From assembly GCF_003918875.1 (NCBI RefSeq), contig NW_025767577.1:310001-374000 (forward strand): a stretch of 64,000 nucleotides of DNA, read 5' to 3'. Origin of the DNA: Haliotis rubra (lineage: Eukaryota). Every line of letters begins with the position of its first letter. The stretch's first letter is position 1. The translations under genes and the position numbers were made by a program. This document shows, piece after piece, positions 30,250 through 44,129 of this stretch. Under the pieces are notes generated by a model. The model had not been told where the DNA came from, did no database searches, and saw nothing but the letters and a program-made list of their open reading frames with translations.

Positions 30250-31595
30250 GACGGTTTCTCATACAACCGCGAAGGAGGGTTTCTCATACCACCGTGAGGG
30301 AGGTTTTCTCATACCACCTTGAGGGAGGGTTTCTTTATCACCGTGAAGGAGGTTTGTGTTAACACCGTGAAGGAGGGTTTCTCTAACACCGCGAAGGAGG
30401 GTTTCTCTTACCACCGCAAAGAAGGGTTTCTCTTACCACCGCAAAGGAGGGTTTCTCTTACCACCGCGAAGGAGGGTCTCTCTTACCACCGTGAAGGAGG
30501 GTTTCTCTTAACACCTCAAAGGAGGGTTTCTCTTAACACCGTGAAGGATGGTCTCTCTTACCACCGTGAAGGAGGGTTTCTCTTAACACTGCGAAGGAGG
30601 GTTTCTCTTACCACCGTGAAGGAGGGTTTCTCTTAACACTGTGAAGGAGGGTTTCTCTTACCACCGTGAAGGAGGGTTTCTCTTAACACTGTGAAGGAGG
30701 GTTTCTCTTACCATCGTGAAGGAGGGTCTCTCTTACCACCGTGAAGGAGGGTTTCTCTTAACACTGTCAAGGAGGGCGGTGGGGTAGCCTAGTGGTTAAA
30801 GCGTTCGCTCGTCACGCCGAAGATCCGGGTTCGATTCCTCACGTGGGTACAATGTGTTAAGCCCATTTCTGGTGTCCCCCGCCGTGATATTGCTGAAATA
30901 TTGCTAAAAGCGGTGTAAAACTAAACTCACTCACTCACTCACTGTGAAGGAGGGTTTCTCTTAACACCATGAAGAAGGGTCTCTCTTAACACCGTGAAGG
31001 AGGGTTTCTCTTAACACCGTGAAGGAGGGTTTCTCTTAATACCATGAAGGAGGGTTTCTCTTAATACCATGAAGGAGGGTTTCTCTTAACACTGTGAAGG
31101 AGGGTTTCTGTGAATACCGTGAAAGAGGGTTTCTCTTAATACCGTGAAGGAGGGTTTCTTTAACACTGTGAAGGAGGGTTTCTCTTAATACCGTGATGGA
31201 GGGTTTCTCTTAATACCGTGAAGGAGGGTTTCTGTTAACACTGTGAAGGAGGTTTTCTCTTAATACCGCGAAGGAGGGTTTCTCTTAATACCATGAAGGA
31301 GGGTTTCTCTTAATACCGTGAAGGAGGGTTTCTCTGCATACCGTGAAGGAGGGTTTCTCTTAACTCTGTGAATGAGGTTTTCTCTTAATACCGTGAAGGA
31401 GGGTTTTCTTAATACCGTGAAGGAGGGTTTCTCTGAACAGTGTGAAGGAGGGTTTCTTTTAACACTGTGAAGGGGGTTTCTCTTAATACCGTGAAGGAGG
31501 GTTTCTCTTAACACTGTGAAGGAGGGTTTCTCTTAATACCGTGAATGAGGGGTTTTCTTAACACTGTGAAGGAGGGTTTCTCTTCATACCGTGAG
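30250..31595. repeat. Minisatellite, 25-bp unit (accgtgaaggagggtttctcttaat), interrupted by a SINE
   Basis: Direct tandem repeats. Confidence 0.95.
30773..30940 (+). mobile_element. SINE family A inserted in the 25-bp array
   Basis: Near-consensus full-length copy. Confidence 0.9.
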
Positions 31596-31637
31596 GGTAA
31601 CAATGGTGGCAAGCACTGGGCGACAAACGACCATAAG

Positions 31638-31803
31638 AGTGAGAGAGTGAATTTAGTTTTACGCTGCTTTTAGCAATATTCCAGCAGCATCAAGTCGGAG
31701 AACACCAGAATTGAGATTCACAGATCGTGCCCAGGTTGGGAATCGAACCCGGGTCTTCGGCGTGACGAGCGAACGCCTTAGACCACTATCCACCCCACCG
31801 CCC
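31638..31803 (-). mobile_element. SINE family A copy
   Basis: Similarity to family A. Confidence 0.8.
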
Positions 31804-31916
31804 AACGGCTGTAAGAACAAGGTAACTGCCAAGTTAACATGTACGAGGGCCTTAATCAACCTGCTGCCAGTTTTAAGCGACATGAAGACATTTATTGATC
31901 ACGTAAATTCTTCCAG

Positions 31917-32434
31917 GAGTGATTTCATCTTAGGTTACCGTAGAGTGACGTTTATGGGGAGTGATTTCATCTTAGGTTACCGTAGAGTGACGTTTATGGG
32001 GAGTGATTTCATCCTAGGTTACCGTAGAGTGACGTTTAGGGGGAGTGATTTCATCCTAAGTCACCGTAGGGTGACGTTTATGGGGAGTGATTTCATCTTA
32101 GGTTACCGTAGGGTGACGTTTATGGGGAGTGATTTCATCCTAGGTTACCGTAGAGTGACGTTTAGGGGGAGTGATTTCATCCTAAGTCACCGTAGGGTGA
32201 CGTTTATGGGGAGTGATTTCATCCTAGGGTACCGTAGAGTGACGTTTATGGGGAGTGATTTCATCCTAGGTTACCGTAGGGTGACGTTTATGGGGAGTGA
32301 TTTCATCCTAGGCTACCGTAGAGTGACGTTTAGGGGGAGTGATTTCATCCTAGGTTACCGTAGAGTGACGTTTATGGGGAGTGATTTCATCCTAGGTTAC
32401 CGTAGAGTGACGTTTAGGGGGAGTGATTTCATCC
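31917..32434. repeat. Minisatellite, 42-bp unit, about 12 copies
   Basis: gagtgatttcatcctaggttaccgtagagtgacgtttatggg repeats. Confidence 0.95.
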
Positions 32435-32854
32435 TGCCTCACCCAATATATCCAACCACTCGTTCAGGTGAAATATTGGTCGGAGTTGTGTGTTGAGGAA
32501 AGGAAAGCTATTCCTGGAGTCCGCCTTCTGTCTCCTGTCCTCAACTGAGACTGGACACAACTCATGGGAAGCGTATAGCCTTCTTTAGATGCCTAATTAC
32601 GACTGGCAATGGGGAAAAGGCTTTAACGAACCTATTGACAAAACATGTGATATGGTTGTGGATTATCGATGGCTTACCACAGGCGTCAGTAAGTCAAGGG
32701 ACGAATTGACGTTACTGAGGTTTCAGCATATTTGACCGAACAGAACTGAATTTTATATACACTCTGGTCGCGTTCATTTGAGCTACATGTTTACATCATT
32801 ATGTACAACATATATATGTTACATGCATGTATGATACGCAAAATATTAGAATAT

Positions 32855-33075
32855 TGGGTTTGAATATGGATCTTCAATAACCCATGCTTGTCGTAAGAGG
32901 CGACTAACGGGATCGGGTGGTCAGGATCGCTGACTTGGTTGATCGATGCTCATGCTGTTGTTCACTGGACTGTCTGGTCCAGATCGAATATTTACAGACC
33001 GCCACCACACATACCGGGAATATTGCTGAGTGTTGCGTTAAACAACAACCAAACCAAACCAAACCAAAACCAAAC
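32855..33075 (+). mobile_element. SINE family B copy
   Basis: cccatgcttgtcgtaagaggcgactaacggg core, (aaacc)n tail. Confidence 0.8.
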
Positions 33076-33199
33076 CTTGTCTGGGTGAGACAGTATTTTG
33101 AGACCAGCATGATTCTGGACTGGAAGAGTTGCTTAAAGGCACAGACATACACAGAGGTTTACCGAGGATTGTGATTTGGGCGGTGGGAAAGCACAGTGA

Positions 33200-33470
33200 T
33201 TAAAACATTCACAAGTTTGTCTTGAATCTGGGCATTCTGGAGCTTGTCTCGAACTTGCATTCCAAGATAGGTGTAGGCCTGATATTTCACAAGATGCTCA
33301 ATAACTCATCCCCACTGCAACTTGACTGATCTACCATTAACTACCTTGCCACGTTTCAAATGAAGAGTGTTACATTTGTCGAGTCCAAAAGTCATGCCAA
33401 TATCATTAGAAAAGGACTCGACATTTGTATGGCACCAATATCCAGCTCAGCTGCTCAAATCATTGGATGT
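33200..33470 (-). mobile_element. R4/Dong-like (RLE clade) LINE RT remnant
   Basis: Hand translation SFSNDIGMTFGLDKCNTLHLKRGKVV...YTYLGM with an internal stop. Confidence 0.65.
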
Positions 33471-34048
33471 CAAACTCAAACAGCATACCGTATTCTTTAA
33501 ATCTGAACTCCATGGGGATCAAAACAAGTTTCATTTCTTTCATGAACCCTAATAAATGTGAACTGACATGATTTGCACGATCTTTTGAATGATGAGGTCT
33601 AATGTGCTCTCAGGAGGACACTATGTTTGTCCCCTTCCACCGGACAATCAACATCAAATGAATCAAATTCCAGTGATATGACAGTGCAGTTAACGATCGG
33701 TCCAAACATTTCTTTTGCAAGCAACTAGCATTCTACACTTAGCTTCACAGCCAGTTAATCAACCATAGCCTCCACATAGCGGGAAAAAGCAACAATCTTT
33801 ATACAAATTATCGTCAGTAAGGAAATGGACGAACGAAATTGAAGAGTGAATATATTTATTTTTGCTAACACATATGCATGCTGTAATAGGAAAAATCCTG
33901 AAATACATGCAAGACAAAAACAGAATCATCTAGAGGAAAGAATATTACAAATATCCCAATCCAAACCAAATGCCTTTCAGTTTTAACTTATGTTATATTT
34001 TGGATTTCACGATCTCGGTAAAGCACAGATTCTAGTACTATTGTAAAA

Positions 34049-34230
34049 CGCGGTGGGTCAGTGGGTTAGACGGCTTTGAGTGCTTGTGATTGTATGCGGG
34101 GATTAGGATGTGGGTTCGAATCCCGGATGGAACTCAACACAGCAAAAGTACTAGAATCTGTACTGACCTAAGAAAGTGTAACCCCAAAAGTAACATATGT
34201 TACATTTGAGCACTTTCTAGATGACATTTT
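34049..34230 (+). mobile_element. SINE family D (tRNA-derived)
   Basis: B box gggttcgaatcccggatgg + aaaagtactagaatctgtac; related to 48392-48560. Confidence 0.65.
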
Positions 34231-35178
34231 GTTACTATTGAAGTACGTTTCAAAGAATTAACCCAGGGTTCTCACAGAATACCTTTACAATAGGTGAGCA
34301 AATCGCTTCAAACACAGAGGTGTACACACATATACGTCTCGATAGATATGCGGATTTATACACAGGGTTGTAGGCACATACAGGACTAGCTATATAGGGC
34401 TTGTAAGTCTCGCAAGGCGCTACTTCCGGTACTACGCTGGTTCCCAGCTCCCCTTTGCGCCCGCCAACTTGCGATATGAGAGACGGGATCCAGCTTACTT
34501 CCGCTACCAGATTTCTGGTGACAAGCGTATTTTCAAGAAGCAGTTCTGGTTCAAAATTGCGCGACCACCAAAAATGACTTTCCTTGACCGGACCAAGTGT
34601 ACAACCATGATTTGCTGCCAAAGTCGTAATAGTTGACAATTGGATATTCCTGCAAGGGTTATCGGTTCCTTACTGTCAACTGACAACCATGAGACCATCC
34701 TAAAATGTATGAAACGTTTTTGTTCCCGAAAGTACTAAGGTCTCACGAAGTGCCGTGACCTACTTACGGGCCCTATTGTTTGATATAGGTGCATGTGTCA
34801 AATACGAAGCGGTGGTACTATAACAAATATGTAGAAAAGCGTCGTTAAAGTACAATTAGAAATATGATAAGACATAGCGCTAATTGAGGACATTGTCAAC
34901 ATATTTCGGGCATAATGACACGGTTTCAGAGTAAAAAGTTTGTAGTGAAGCTCCGACAGTGTATTCATGTTTTAAATTCTTTTTAGAAAGATCTACAACA
35001 TATTTGCATAAATGAAACAAAACTTAGGTTTCCAGCAACATTTTTGTACATAATCTGTAGTTTTCCAATTCTGAAAAAAGGACCAAAGGAGATGCGTAAC
35101 ATTCTATGGTGACTTCAGTAAATACTGGATTGGTTGATTAAAGTCATTGAGAGGTACATTTTCCAACACAGAATGTAA

Positions 35179-35475
35179 TTTCTCTAAATCTTATTAACGC
35201 GGTTGTGGTAGAATGGAGATAAAAATACTGTGCTGGAAAATCAGAGGTATATAACGAAATTATAATAGCTCTAAATTTCATTCAAAACAGAACGCGAATT
35301 TAGAGCTATTATAATAGCGTGAGGTTTTAAATAATATAAATAGAGTTGTTATAATAACGTGAGGTTTTAAGTAAACAATTTAGAGCTTGTATAATTTCAT
35401 TATATGCCTCTGATTTTCCAGCACAGTATTTTTATCTCCATTCTACCATAATCGCGTTAATAAGATTTAGAGAAA
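35179..35475. repeat. Foldback element / MITE with about 100-bp inverted arms
   Basis: 35179-35277 is the reverse complement of about 35377-35475. Confidence 0.85.
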
Positions 35476-36285
35476 GGGAAACAAACATTTGAAGCCATAT
35501 CTAATAAAGTACTTTCTTAACGCTTAAAGCACATGCAATTCTGCAATGATCATCCATTGTTCTCAGTATATCATGTAAGTTAACACCGATATCAAACTCA
35601 TCAGGAAACACTGTGAAATGTGAACTTTTAAACAATTACGCCATTTAATAAAACAATATGACATTTAATAAAACAATATGACATTTAATAAAACAATATG
35701 ACATTTAATAAAATAATATGACTCCATGAAACAGTAGATTGTTCCAAGCACTTTCGTTTTCGAGGACGTCCACTTCATATGGGAGAGAAATCATTTCACA
35801 AAGAACTCTTCTCAATTTCTAACCCGGTACATTTTGCTGAAGATCGAAGGGGAGGATTCAAAGGACTGGGACGGTGACGACTGTGATAACAAGACACTCC
35901 TTAATTTGAGTAAGCTGTCTCCCACATTCACAATTGGAATCTTCTGCTAAACACAGGATCAATTGTTCTCAAGCAGACGTCCTAAGTACGTCTTCAACTA
36001 CTGGATGCAGCAGCAATATGGACTTGACACAGAGCAGCGTCCATCAAGTCGGCAACGCGTCAGTGACTGAAAGAGTTTCCACTATATTATTTTAGGAAAA
36101 CTGTCATTTGCTGGGGATCTAAACAGTCACCAACACAGATTATGCAGTGTGTAAAATGTTTCCATCAGAGTGTATTGGAATGTATTTGTGAAGGCAGACA
36201 GATTTATTGTGCATAGGCTCCGTCAATGCTACGCCAATATTGTAGTCATTGATCATGTCAAATTAAAGCCATTTCATATGTTTCA

Positions 36286-39200
36286 TTAACAGAATGGCCT
36301 GGCGACTTGTGAATAGTTAACCGGTATTTCACAAAAGGAAGGCCGGAGCCAATTGCAATAATAGGTACTTATGGCCCCATGATACAAAATTCCGCATCCG
36401 TTAAGGTTGATTGCTACCTTTCCAGGAAGATAGGTTGAACCATCTAGCCAGCTTGTCAATCCGCCCACCCTTCGCAGACCAATATGCGCTGTAATAAATG
36501 AAAATATACGGTGATAGAAGTTACCCACATGTGGTTGTATACGCATACAAAAACAGCAGCATTCCCAATCTACTCCCTGTCATTTTTTTAGAATTCCCCA
36601 GTGTGAGTGAGTTAAGGTGTACATTTGCAATATTTCAGCCATATCGTGACTAAAGCAGATCATACCGAAATCATTTACAGTTATATATTATAAAATATGT
36701 CGCCAGCGGACAAAAAACCCAACTAGAATGTCACATTAAGTGATTTACCTCTGGCAATTATATACTAGTGCTCAAAACCCACTTACAATAAACAGTGGGT
36801 TTGACCAAATTTTAATAGAAAAGAACAGCATATATAAATCAACATCTATTTAATTTCATAAGGGTATTCTACCCGTGAAGGTCCGGGTTAGAATATTGAT
36901 CTTCAGTAACCCATGCTTGTCGTAAGAGGCGACTAACGGGATCAGATGGTCAGGCTCGCTGACTTGGTTGACACATGTCATCGGTTCCCAGTTGCGCAGA
37001 TGGATGCTCATGCTGTTGATCACTGGATTATCTGGTCCAGGCCCGATTATTTAAAGACCGCCGCCATATAGCTGGGTGCGGCGTAAAGCTAAACTCTCTC
37101 ATTCAATAGGGTATTCAGTTGTACAGCAAGTGTGTACGATGTCATTTCATGCGATGTCGAAAGTACCGTTTGATTGACACTGAAAGACACGTGGTATCAC
37201 AGTGGGAACTTTTACACAAATCAACAAGGCAGGGTTTTTTTCTCCAGAATATCATCACATGTTGAATCAGTAGTGAGAGTGACCACCATTGGCTTCAATA
37301 CACGCCAAAACACGTCGACACATTGGTGACGTGAGATGATGATTGACGTTAGGCGTGATCCATTGCCATTCCTGTAGGAGAAACGTGGCATTTTTGTGTT
37401 CTTTTCACTACTGCGTTGCTCACTTGTTATACCCTCAGTGTGCACGTGTGTGCATTTCGCATTACATCAGAAAAGTCGTTTTGGATTTTTTGCAACGCTT
37501 AGGCGATTTGTTAACCTGTTTCGCCGTTTGTTCCCGGAATGGATGTATCTGTAGGTGTATGACATGGGTCAGTATTGTTTTATCATTTTATTAATATTTT
37601 TGTGAATATTTATGTAATATTTTGCGGTGTATAGCTTCTTCTGAGCAATACTCTATATCATTTAGGACATTACAATATAAACTGGGCACCAGCAACTGAG
37701 AATTCTCCTCCGTATCACCATGGTAAGACAATGGCAGCACCTTGTGAAATAAACGAGGAACAAGAACGCAAAGTCTCCTCCCAAATTCCTGGTGTCTGAC
37801 GACCAGGGTTAAGACAGTGCTAAAGCAGGGCATATTTATGCTAGTACGGCCAAGTAAACCTATCCTGAATGAGCCACCTCATGAGATGGGAAGTAAAAAC
37901 ATATTCATCATGTGCTTTGGCAGTACAAGCAAGAGGAGGAAACATGATCAAAGAATGGTACTTTATAAACGCGAGTGAATGAGTTAAAATTTTACGTCAC
38001 ATCGGCAGTATTTCAGCCATATCGTGACAACAAAAAATCATTTACAAAGAACAAATATATTCTTACCTTTATAAAAAGCTGTTAGCGAAGGACAGTATAA
38101 CAACTAAATTATCACAATTTAATTAAAACTAGTTTGAGATCAATGTAAAATGCGTAATCAATTTCCAACAACACAATATAAATTCGGGCTATAGATCGCA
38201 ACTGAAGGTATATCACCATGCTAGGGGCCATGGGGACTTACATTATTACCTGCATGGACACTAACGGGATTTACACAATCCCTGCCGCCGCTGGCGATTT
38301 TTGGAGAAATTGGCCATGCATCAAAATAACACAAATTCCACTATAAAACTTCTGGCAATGGTTAACATATATGGAATGATGTGGTGAATGATGGACCTAG
38401 CTAGATTTATGTCATCACTGCAGCCGTTGGCGATTTTTGAGCAAATTAGCCATAAATTAAAATAACACAAATGATACGATAAAAACTCTGGCAATGATAG
38501 ATATACATTGGATGATGTGGTCTGGTGTACTCTCTTCGGAGGACAATTATTTTAAACTACTTGATTTAAGGAACGTCACGGGAAACTTACGATAGATCAA
38601 CTTAACTCCCAGTGTGGCAACAATATAGTCTCGTTTCTCCACGGTGTTCAGGATGACCAGGCGGCCACCGTCACTCTCACATTGTTCCTGACTGGCTGTA
38701 TAATTCATTGAAACATCGTGGTATTTGAAACACAGGTCTGCAGACGGGACTGACGTGTAACCCAGAGACAGAGGGCAGTGATCTGTATTTTGCAGAGAAA
38801 AATGCATGTGTAAGCACTAGTTCTAATCCATCATTTAAAAATACCATTATTATTTTCAAGGTAAACGCAAAATTAAAATTAATTTTCAAAGTAAAAACGA
38901 TACCTCCTCCTTTACATGAACCATCCTGGTTTTCATAAAAAAGACATGCTATTACAATTGCATTCAACATTTCAATTTATTTCCAAGACCAAGGTTTCAA
39001 AATACTATCCTTTTACAGTGTATCAACTGTGCATTACTTAACAATTTTGATTTGGGGACGGGAGGAATTTTCTGATCTTCACGGAGAAACATATGATTTC
39101 CTTTTGATCAGCATTTGGCTCCTTGTATGGACAAGCTTTCGGATAATTTCAACATGCACTGTAAGTGGTTTTGTAAAACCTTAGCTTTAAACCTACAGTT

Positions 39201-39886
39201 AATTAAACCCAGAACATATTGACCAATATCCCCAGATGTTCTTCAAAACAATCTGACTTTCAGATATGAGGTATAAATTGTAAATGTTTGTTTTACTCTT
39301 GGAAATACGTCTTAAGTAAAGCCAGATAGAGATATTGCTTCAGTATTGTCAACTTGAGGACATATCATTTAGTCGAAATGCATACGTAACTTCCGAATGA
39401 AGTGCTAGACCTCAAAGTTATATGATCAAGCAGGGATGCAAAGTAGATAATGCTGAAGCGACCTCATGGATTATTCAAGAAAATACGCAGTCCTTGACCT
39501 TCAAACATTTCAAATTAATTCTATTAAATGGGCATATCTAAAGTGTTTGGTTATGACTAACCTCGTTTGATGAATGTTCTGGCATCAGGAGCTGGGACAT
39601 CAGATATGAACCCACTGGCACCTGGGCTTGGTAAGCCAGATGTTGACAAGGATGAATTGTAGAGGAAACACTGTCCATCATGGTATGTGAGGGCCGCACA
39701 TGTGTCCTCCTGGGCACAGAGTATCCCGCAGTCCACTTTACTGTCGGAATGAAGGACGCTGGATGGGATCTCTCCAGCCTTTTTGTTGTCCAGGTCCGTT
39801 CGTCTTAAAAGGGAATAGCCCCAAACAGTTCCCTGAGCAATGAAGATTGAACTGACAAGAGTGCGGACAAGTAACATCCACTTCAT
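36286..39886 (-). CDS. Secreted PAN/apple + C-type lectin domain protein, copy 2 (239 aa); exons 39886-39562, 38782-38591, 36488-36286
   Basis: Paralog of copy 1 with the same intron phases and an identical 192-bp exon-2 length; signal MKWMLLVRTLVSSIFIA; open frame. Confidence 0.9.
36871..37103 (+). mobile_element. SINE family B, near full length
   Basis: acccgtgaaggtccgggttagaat...gtcgtaagaggcgac. Confidence 0.85.
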
Positions 39887-40077
39887 CTTTCTTCACAGAA
39901 CATCTGGCAGCTCTTGATGGCCAGTGCACAGATACTACCCACGCTTTCTCCAGCATTGTCTGTTTGGCGTCACGAATCAATATGTAAATAGCCCAGTACG
40001 TGGTGAGCGACAGGGCATCTGTCACAAACAATGGACTCATTCACTATATCCTTTGGGTGGAACATGGTTTAATAGAA

Positions 40078-40222
40078 GGTACCTATGGCGGAGCCTAGTG
40101 GTTAAAGCGTTCGTTCGTCAAGCCGAAGACCCGGGTTCGATTCTCCACATTGGCACAATGTGTGAAGCCCATTTCTGGTGTCCCCCGCCGATATATTGCT
40201 GGATTATTACTAAAATCGGCGT
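40078..40222 (+). mobile_element. SINE family A copy
   Basis: Similarity to family A. Confidence 0.8.
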
Positions 40223-40235
40223 AGAACCCGATCAG

Positions 40236-40342
40236 GGTGCGATGTACAAAGCAGCCTTAGCGCTACGACAGACGTACGTCTATGTTCAGGTATGGGGGGT
40301 TACGATCACCCAAGCGCTAAGATCGCTTTGTACAACGGCACC
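40236..40342. mobile_element. Palindromic Harbinger-like MITE
   Basis: IRs ggtgcgatgtacaaagc / gctttgtacaacggcacc with CAG on both sides. Confidence 0.6.
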
Positions 40343-42074
40343 CAGGGACCCGAGGATTTAGATTTGTTTCATTCATAAGGTCAGTAGTCAGTATTAGCTC
40401 CAAGTGAGGTTTTGTGAGGTACGATAGTCCTATCTATGTAAAGAAGAAGGATTTTTACGACACAGATTAATGTACATCCAAGAGAACATTGAGTGCTTAA
40501 TGTTTTAAACATAGGTTCGCTTCGTCGAGTTTATTCAATTGAATATGTGACGCCAATTGGATTATACACAGTTCTATGATCATTCGTTTAGCAGGTCATC
40601 ATGTTTTTCATGAGATGTGTGCATATAAATAATACATATGTTATACTGAAAAACATGTGTTCGGTGCGAGTCTTGTTTGTTTCATGGTGAATGTTACTTG
40701 GATTTAAAAAACAATGATGTGCAATTCATGACGATCTCTCAGTGGGATTTTATGCCCATAAGAAACATACGTAAAATACATTGTGATTTATGCAGGGTTG
40801 TATTTAAATGCAAATCAGGTGTGTTCACAGGGCGGGGACCCTGACGATAAAAGTTACCAGCAATCAGTTGAAGGCGGTTTCTCTTGAGACTGGTTCTGGA
40901 AGTTTCTCCTTAAAGAAGGTATGTAAAACATGTTATACATTATGAAGGCCTGTACTTTAATGTACTGGTTCCCAGGGCCAAGTATCGTGCATAAGAATAG
41001 ATTCCAGCAATCACTGTGAGTACAAAGTGTCTTTATTCAGATTAGTTGGTTTGTGGAAATTGAACGCCACACCATCTCCATGATGAGGTCATATATGATC
41101 TCAGGAGAACTTCATGTTGTCACTTCTTTACCCCCTTCCAGGGTACAGACTACTGAAACTGAAAATGCTAACTATCTGCAAAATTTCAAAATACATAAAA
41201 AGGTTAAATCTCTTTTATAAACGCAACTATTAAATGTGAACTTACATGATTCTTTTATGGATGAAATAGTTATCCCATCTGATTGAAGAAAATCAACACG
41301 CATTCTTTCCTCGTCTTTCAATAAATATTGGTGAGGTTTTAGTGGATGACCAGGACGACATAGTCTCAAATGACCTCTTCAATTCTGGAGAAAGAACCTG
41401 AACTAGTTATTGCCAATATTTTGGTTAACTGCATGTAATTTATTTACACGTTCTCGAGTGCCCTATGTTTTGTACCGCCGACCCCAATTGGTCGGGTGAG
41501 TATGGTGATGCCATCCATCCGTCCATGAGACATTTCTGTTCAACCAATAACTTCAAAGCTACTAGTTGGACTAACTTCTTTGTTTGAAAGAGATACTATA
41601 TTTGTTGTAATTTTGTCAAGAATTATAGCAATGTAAAATTTACAAATTACTCGTCAGAGTATAACTCGGAAAATAAGCGCCAATATAGACCAGTTGCACC
41701 TCCAACATGGCAGCGGATACCCACGTTAAACCAGGCTCAGTCTGTAATCAACAGAGGTACTTGGCAAAACACCGTCATTTATTTTGTCTAGAATATACTC
41801 ATGATAACGAATAAGGGTACACCTGAAAGTACACGTGTTCCTTTTATTCTTTTCAAGGTTTCTTCACAAGCTTTGTATTGCACTGTGTGTGAAATTCTGG
41901 AACAAGGAACACTTGTACTTTCATGTGTTCCCTTATTCGTTTCCATGAGTATATATTCCTGTTGCTTACAGCAATCTATTCTCCGATCCAACATGCTAAG
42001 AAATATCACACCATAAGCAACATCACACCATAACCAACATCATTTGTTTAACTTGATTTTAGTCTTTTACTTGA

Positions 42075-43589
42075 TATAAACTGAACTGGAAAAAAACCTT
42101 TGCACCATATTGAAGTGACTGTAATTAATAAACTAAAAATAACAAAAGTTTTATATAAAGTATGTATAAACCAACAATTCCACAAAGCAGTCAACAACTC
42201 AAACTTGACATCTTGTGGTTAAATATTGAACACCAGACAAACTCATTGGGGGTTGAAAACTCAGTTGTCCAGATTTTCACTGCAATGCATTCAAACACGG
42301 AAAGTGGTCACAGACACAAAATGTGTCCCTCTAATACTGAGTATGGCCACCACGTGCCTCCATACATGCAAAGACTCTGCGTCGGACGGAAAACGTCAAA
42401 CGTCGGATGAGGGCATATGGCAGGCGGTTGCCTTGAACTTGTAGAGCTTGTATCAAGTCTTGTCTGTTGCCGGGAGGGTGTGGTCCGTCTCTAACTCGCC
42501 TGTCCAAGACGTCCCAGAGGTGTTCTGTGGGTGATAAGTCAGGAGAATATGGCAGCCACGGTAACACGTTGTCGTTGTTGGTGGCAAGGAAGTCCACTAC
42601 GATGCGAGCTGCGTGGGGCCAACCGTTGTGTTGATACATAACACCTTGGGGTTGTTGCTGAAGGAAGGGCAGCACTACTGGACGGGGAATGTCATCTCTA
42701 TAGCGGTGTGCATTGAGGTTTCCATTGAAGACGAGGATTGGCGTTGTCTGGTCTCCACAAAATCACCCCCACCCCCACCCCCACCCCACCCGCACACACA
42801 CACACACACACACACAAACCATAACGCCACCTCCACCGTATGGAACAACTTCCTGAACGCAGCAAGCAGCTGTCCGTTCACCTCTGCGATGGTAATCACG
42901 AGAACCTGCTTTCGTCCGTAAAGACCACGCGCTGCCAATCCATACACTGATACCGTCTTACTGTATTAGCCCATCGTAGTCTTCTGAGTCAATGTTTAAT
43001 ATTTAGCGGTTAACATTTGTCCTCTAAACGGTCGGTAGGACCTGATACCTGCTGCCCGAAGTCTTCTGGTGTTACTCTGTAGGTGCTCACCTGTCGACCC
43101 TAGGCATGCGCCGCCGATGACGTCACTGTGAGGAAGCGGTTCCGCAGTGCAACGTTCGGAGATACCAGTCTTCCTGTGGCGTAGTGACCCGTGGTCTCCC
43201 TGTTCAGGACCTGTCCGATGTGCGCCCAGTCTGTCTGAAACGTTGCAACAAGTTTCCAACGGCAACAAGGGAACAACCAAAGGTTCTTGCAAAGTGCCTG
43301 TGCGTGGCCCCCATCTGGACCATCCCAGTTGCTCGCTCACGTTGTTCTGATGTCAGTCTTGGTTTTTATACCCTTTTGGCACGTGCATTTCTACCAGCAA
43401 TGAGAGCAGGTGATTTTCCAGTTTTTCGCATTTTCACAAAATCACGTGCGCATTGTTGATAAAAATTACCGGTATAACAACGCTGCATTTGGGCTATGTG
43501 TTTGTGTCTATTTATGTTTTTACCAGTGCAACGGATTTACAAGAACATTATTTTTAAATGTGCAAAGTTGCTTTTGTAGTTTAGTTTAT
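42075..43589 (-). mobile_element. Near full-length degenerate Tc1 transposon with TIRs
   Basis: HTH region ...TGRPRVTT, WLPYSPDLSPTEHLW, C-terminal GGHTQY; imperfect 30-bp TIRs ataaactgaac...tttgcac. Confidence 0.9.
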
Positions 43590-44129
43590 TTCTAAATGCT
43601 TTTCTTTCAGGTAATCAATTTAATTGTTTTGTCTTATCTCACACAGGCTACTAAGCTGAGCCAGAACTTCATGTTTCAATGGACATTTTACATTTCTCCT
43701 TCTAGGTACTCTTTCAATGGAGACAACGTAAATATACTGAAAATACATTCGGTGTTAATCGGTACGTATGGTAAGTATCATGCATATTTCAGGTAATAGA
43801 AAAGGACTTGATACCCCATCAGAGAACAGCTGCCATATATCTGAATCAATATACAGCCATGGATAGGCTAAAATGTTCAGAATTTCACAAAAGCGGTATC
43901 TGGCAGATGCGTCCTAGTTCACCTCTACGGCGTGAATCGCTGCTCCAGTAGTCGCCATCTGTCTCATGAAATCTTAATGATACTTAACAACAATAGTTAT
44001 TCTTACAGATCAGCAGTATCCCATAAGGTAGAATCTTATTTCCATATAACAACTTGCAGTCTGCACTCGGGCATGACCTTTTTTGGTATAAACAAACATA
44101 CATTCAGGGACAACTTATTCTTTGAAGAT

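Noticed and set aside
31711-32496. 261-aa ORF with SDFILGYRRVTFMG repeats
   Set aside because: It starts inside an antisense SINE and is open only because the 42-bp unit lacks stops in that frame; no signal peptide or splice support
34250-34698. 129-aa and 64-aa minus-strand ORFs between the lectin genes
   Set aside because: No recognisable motif or splice structure; probably the interior of an unclassified repeat
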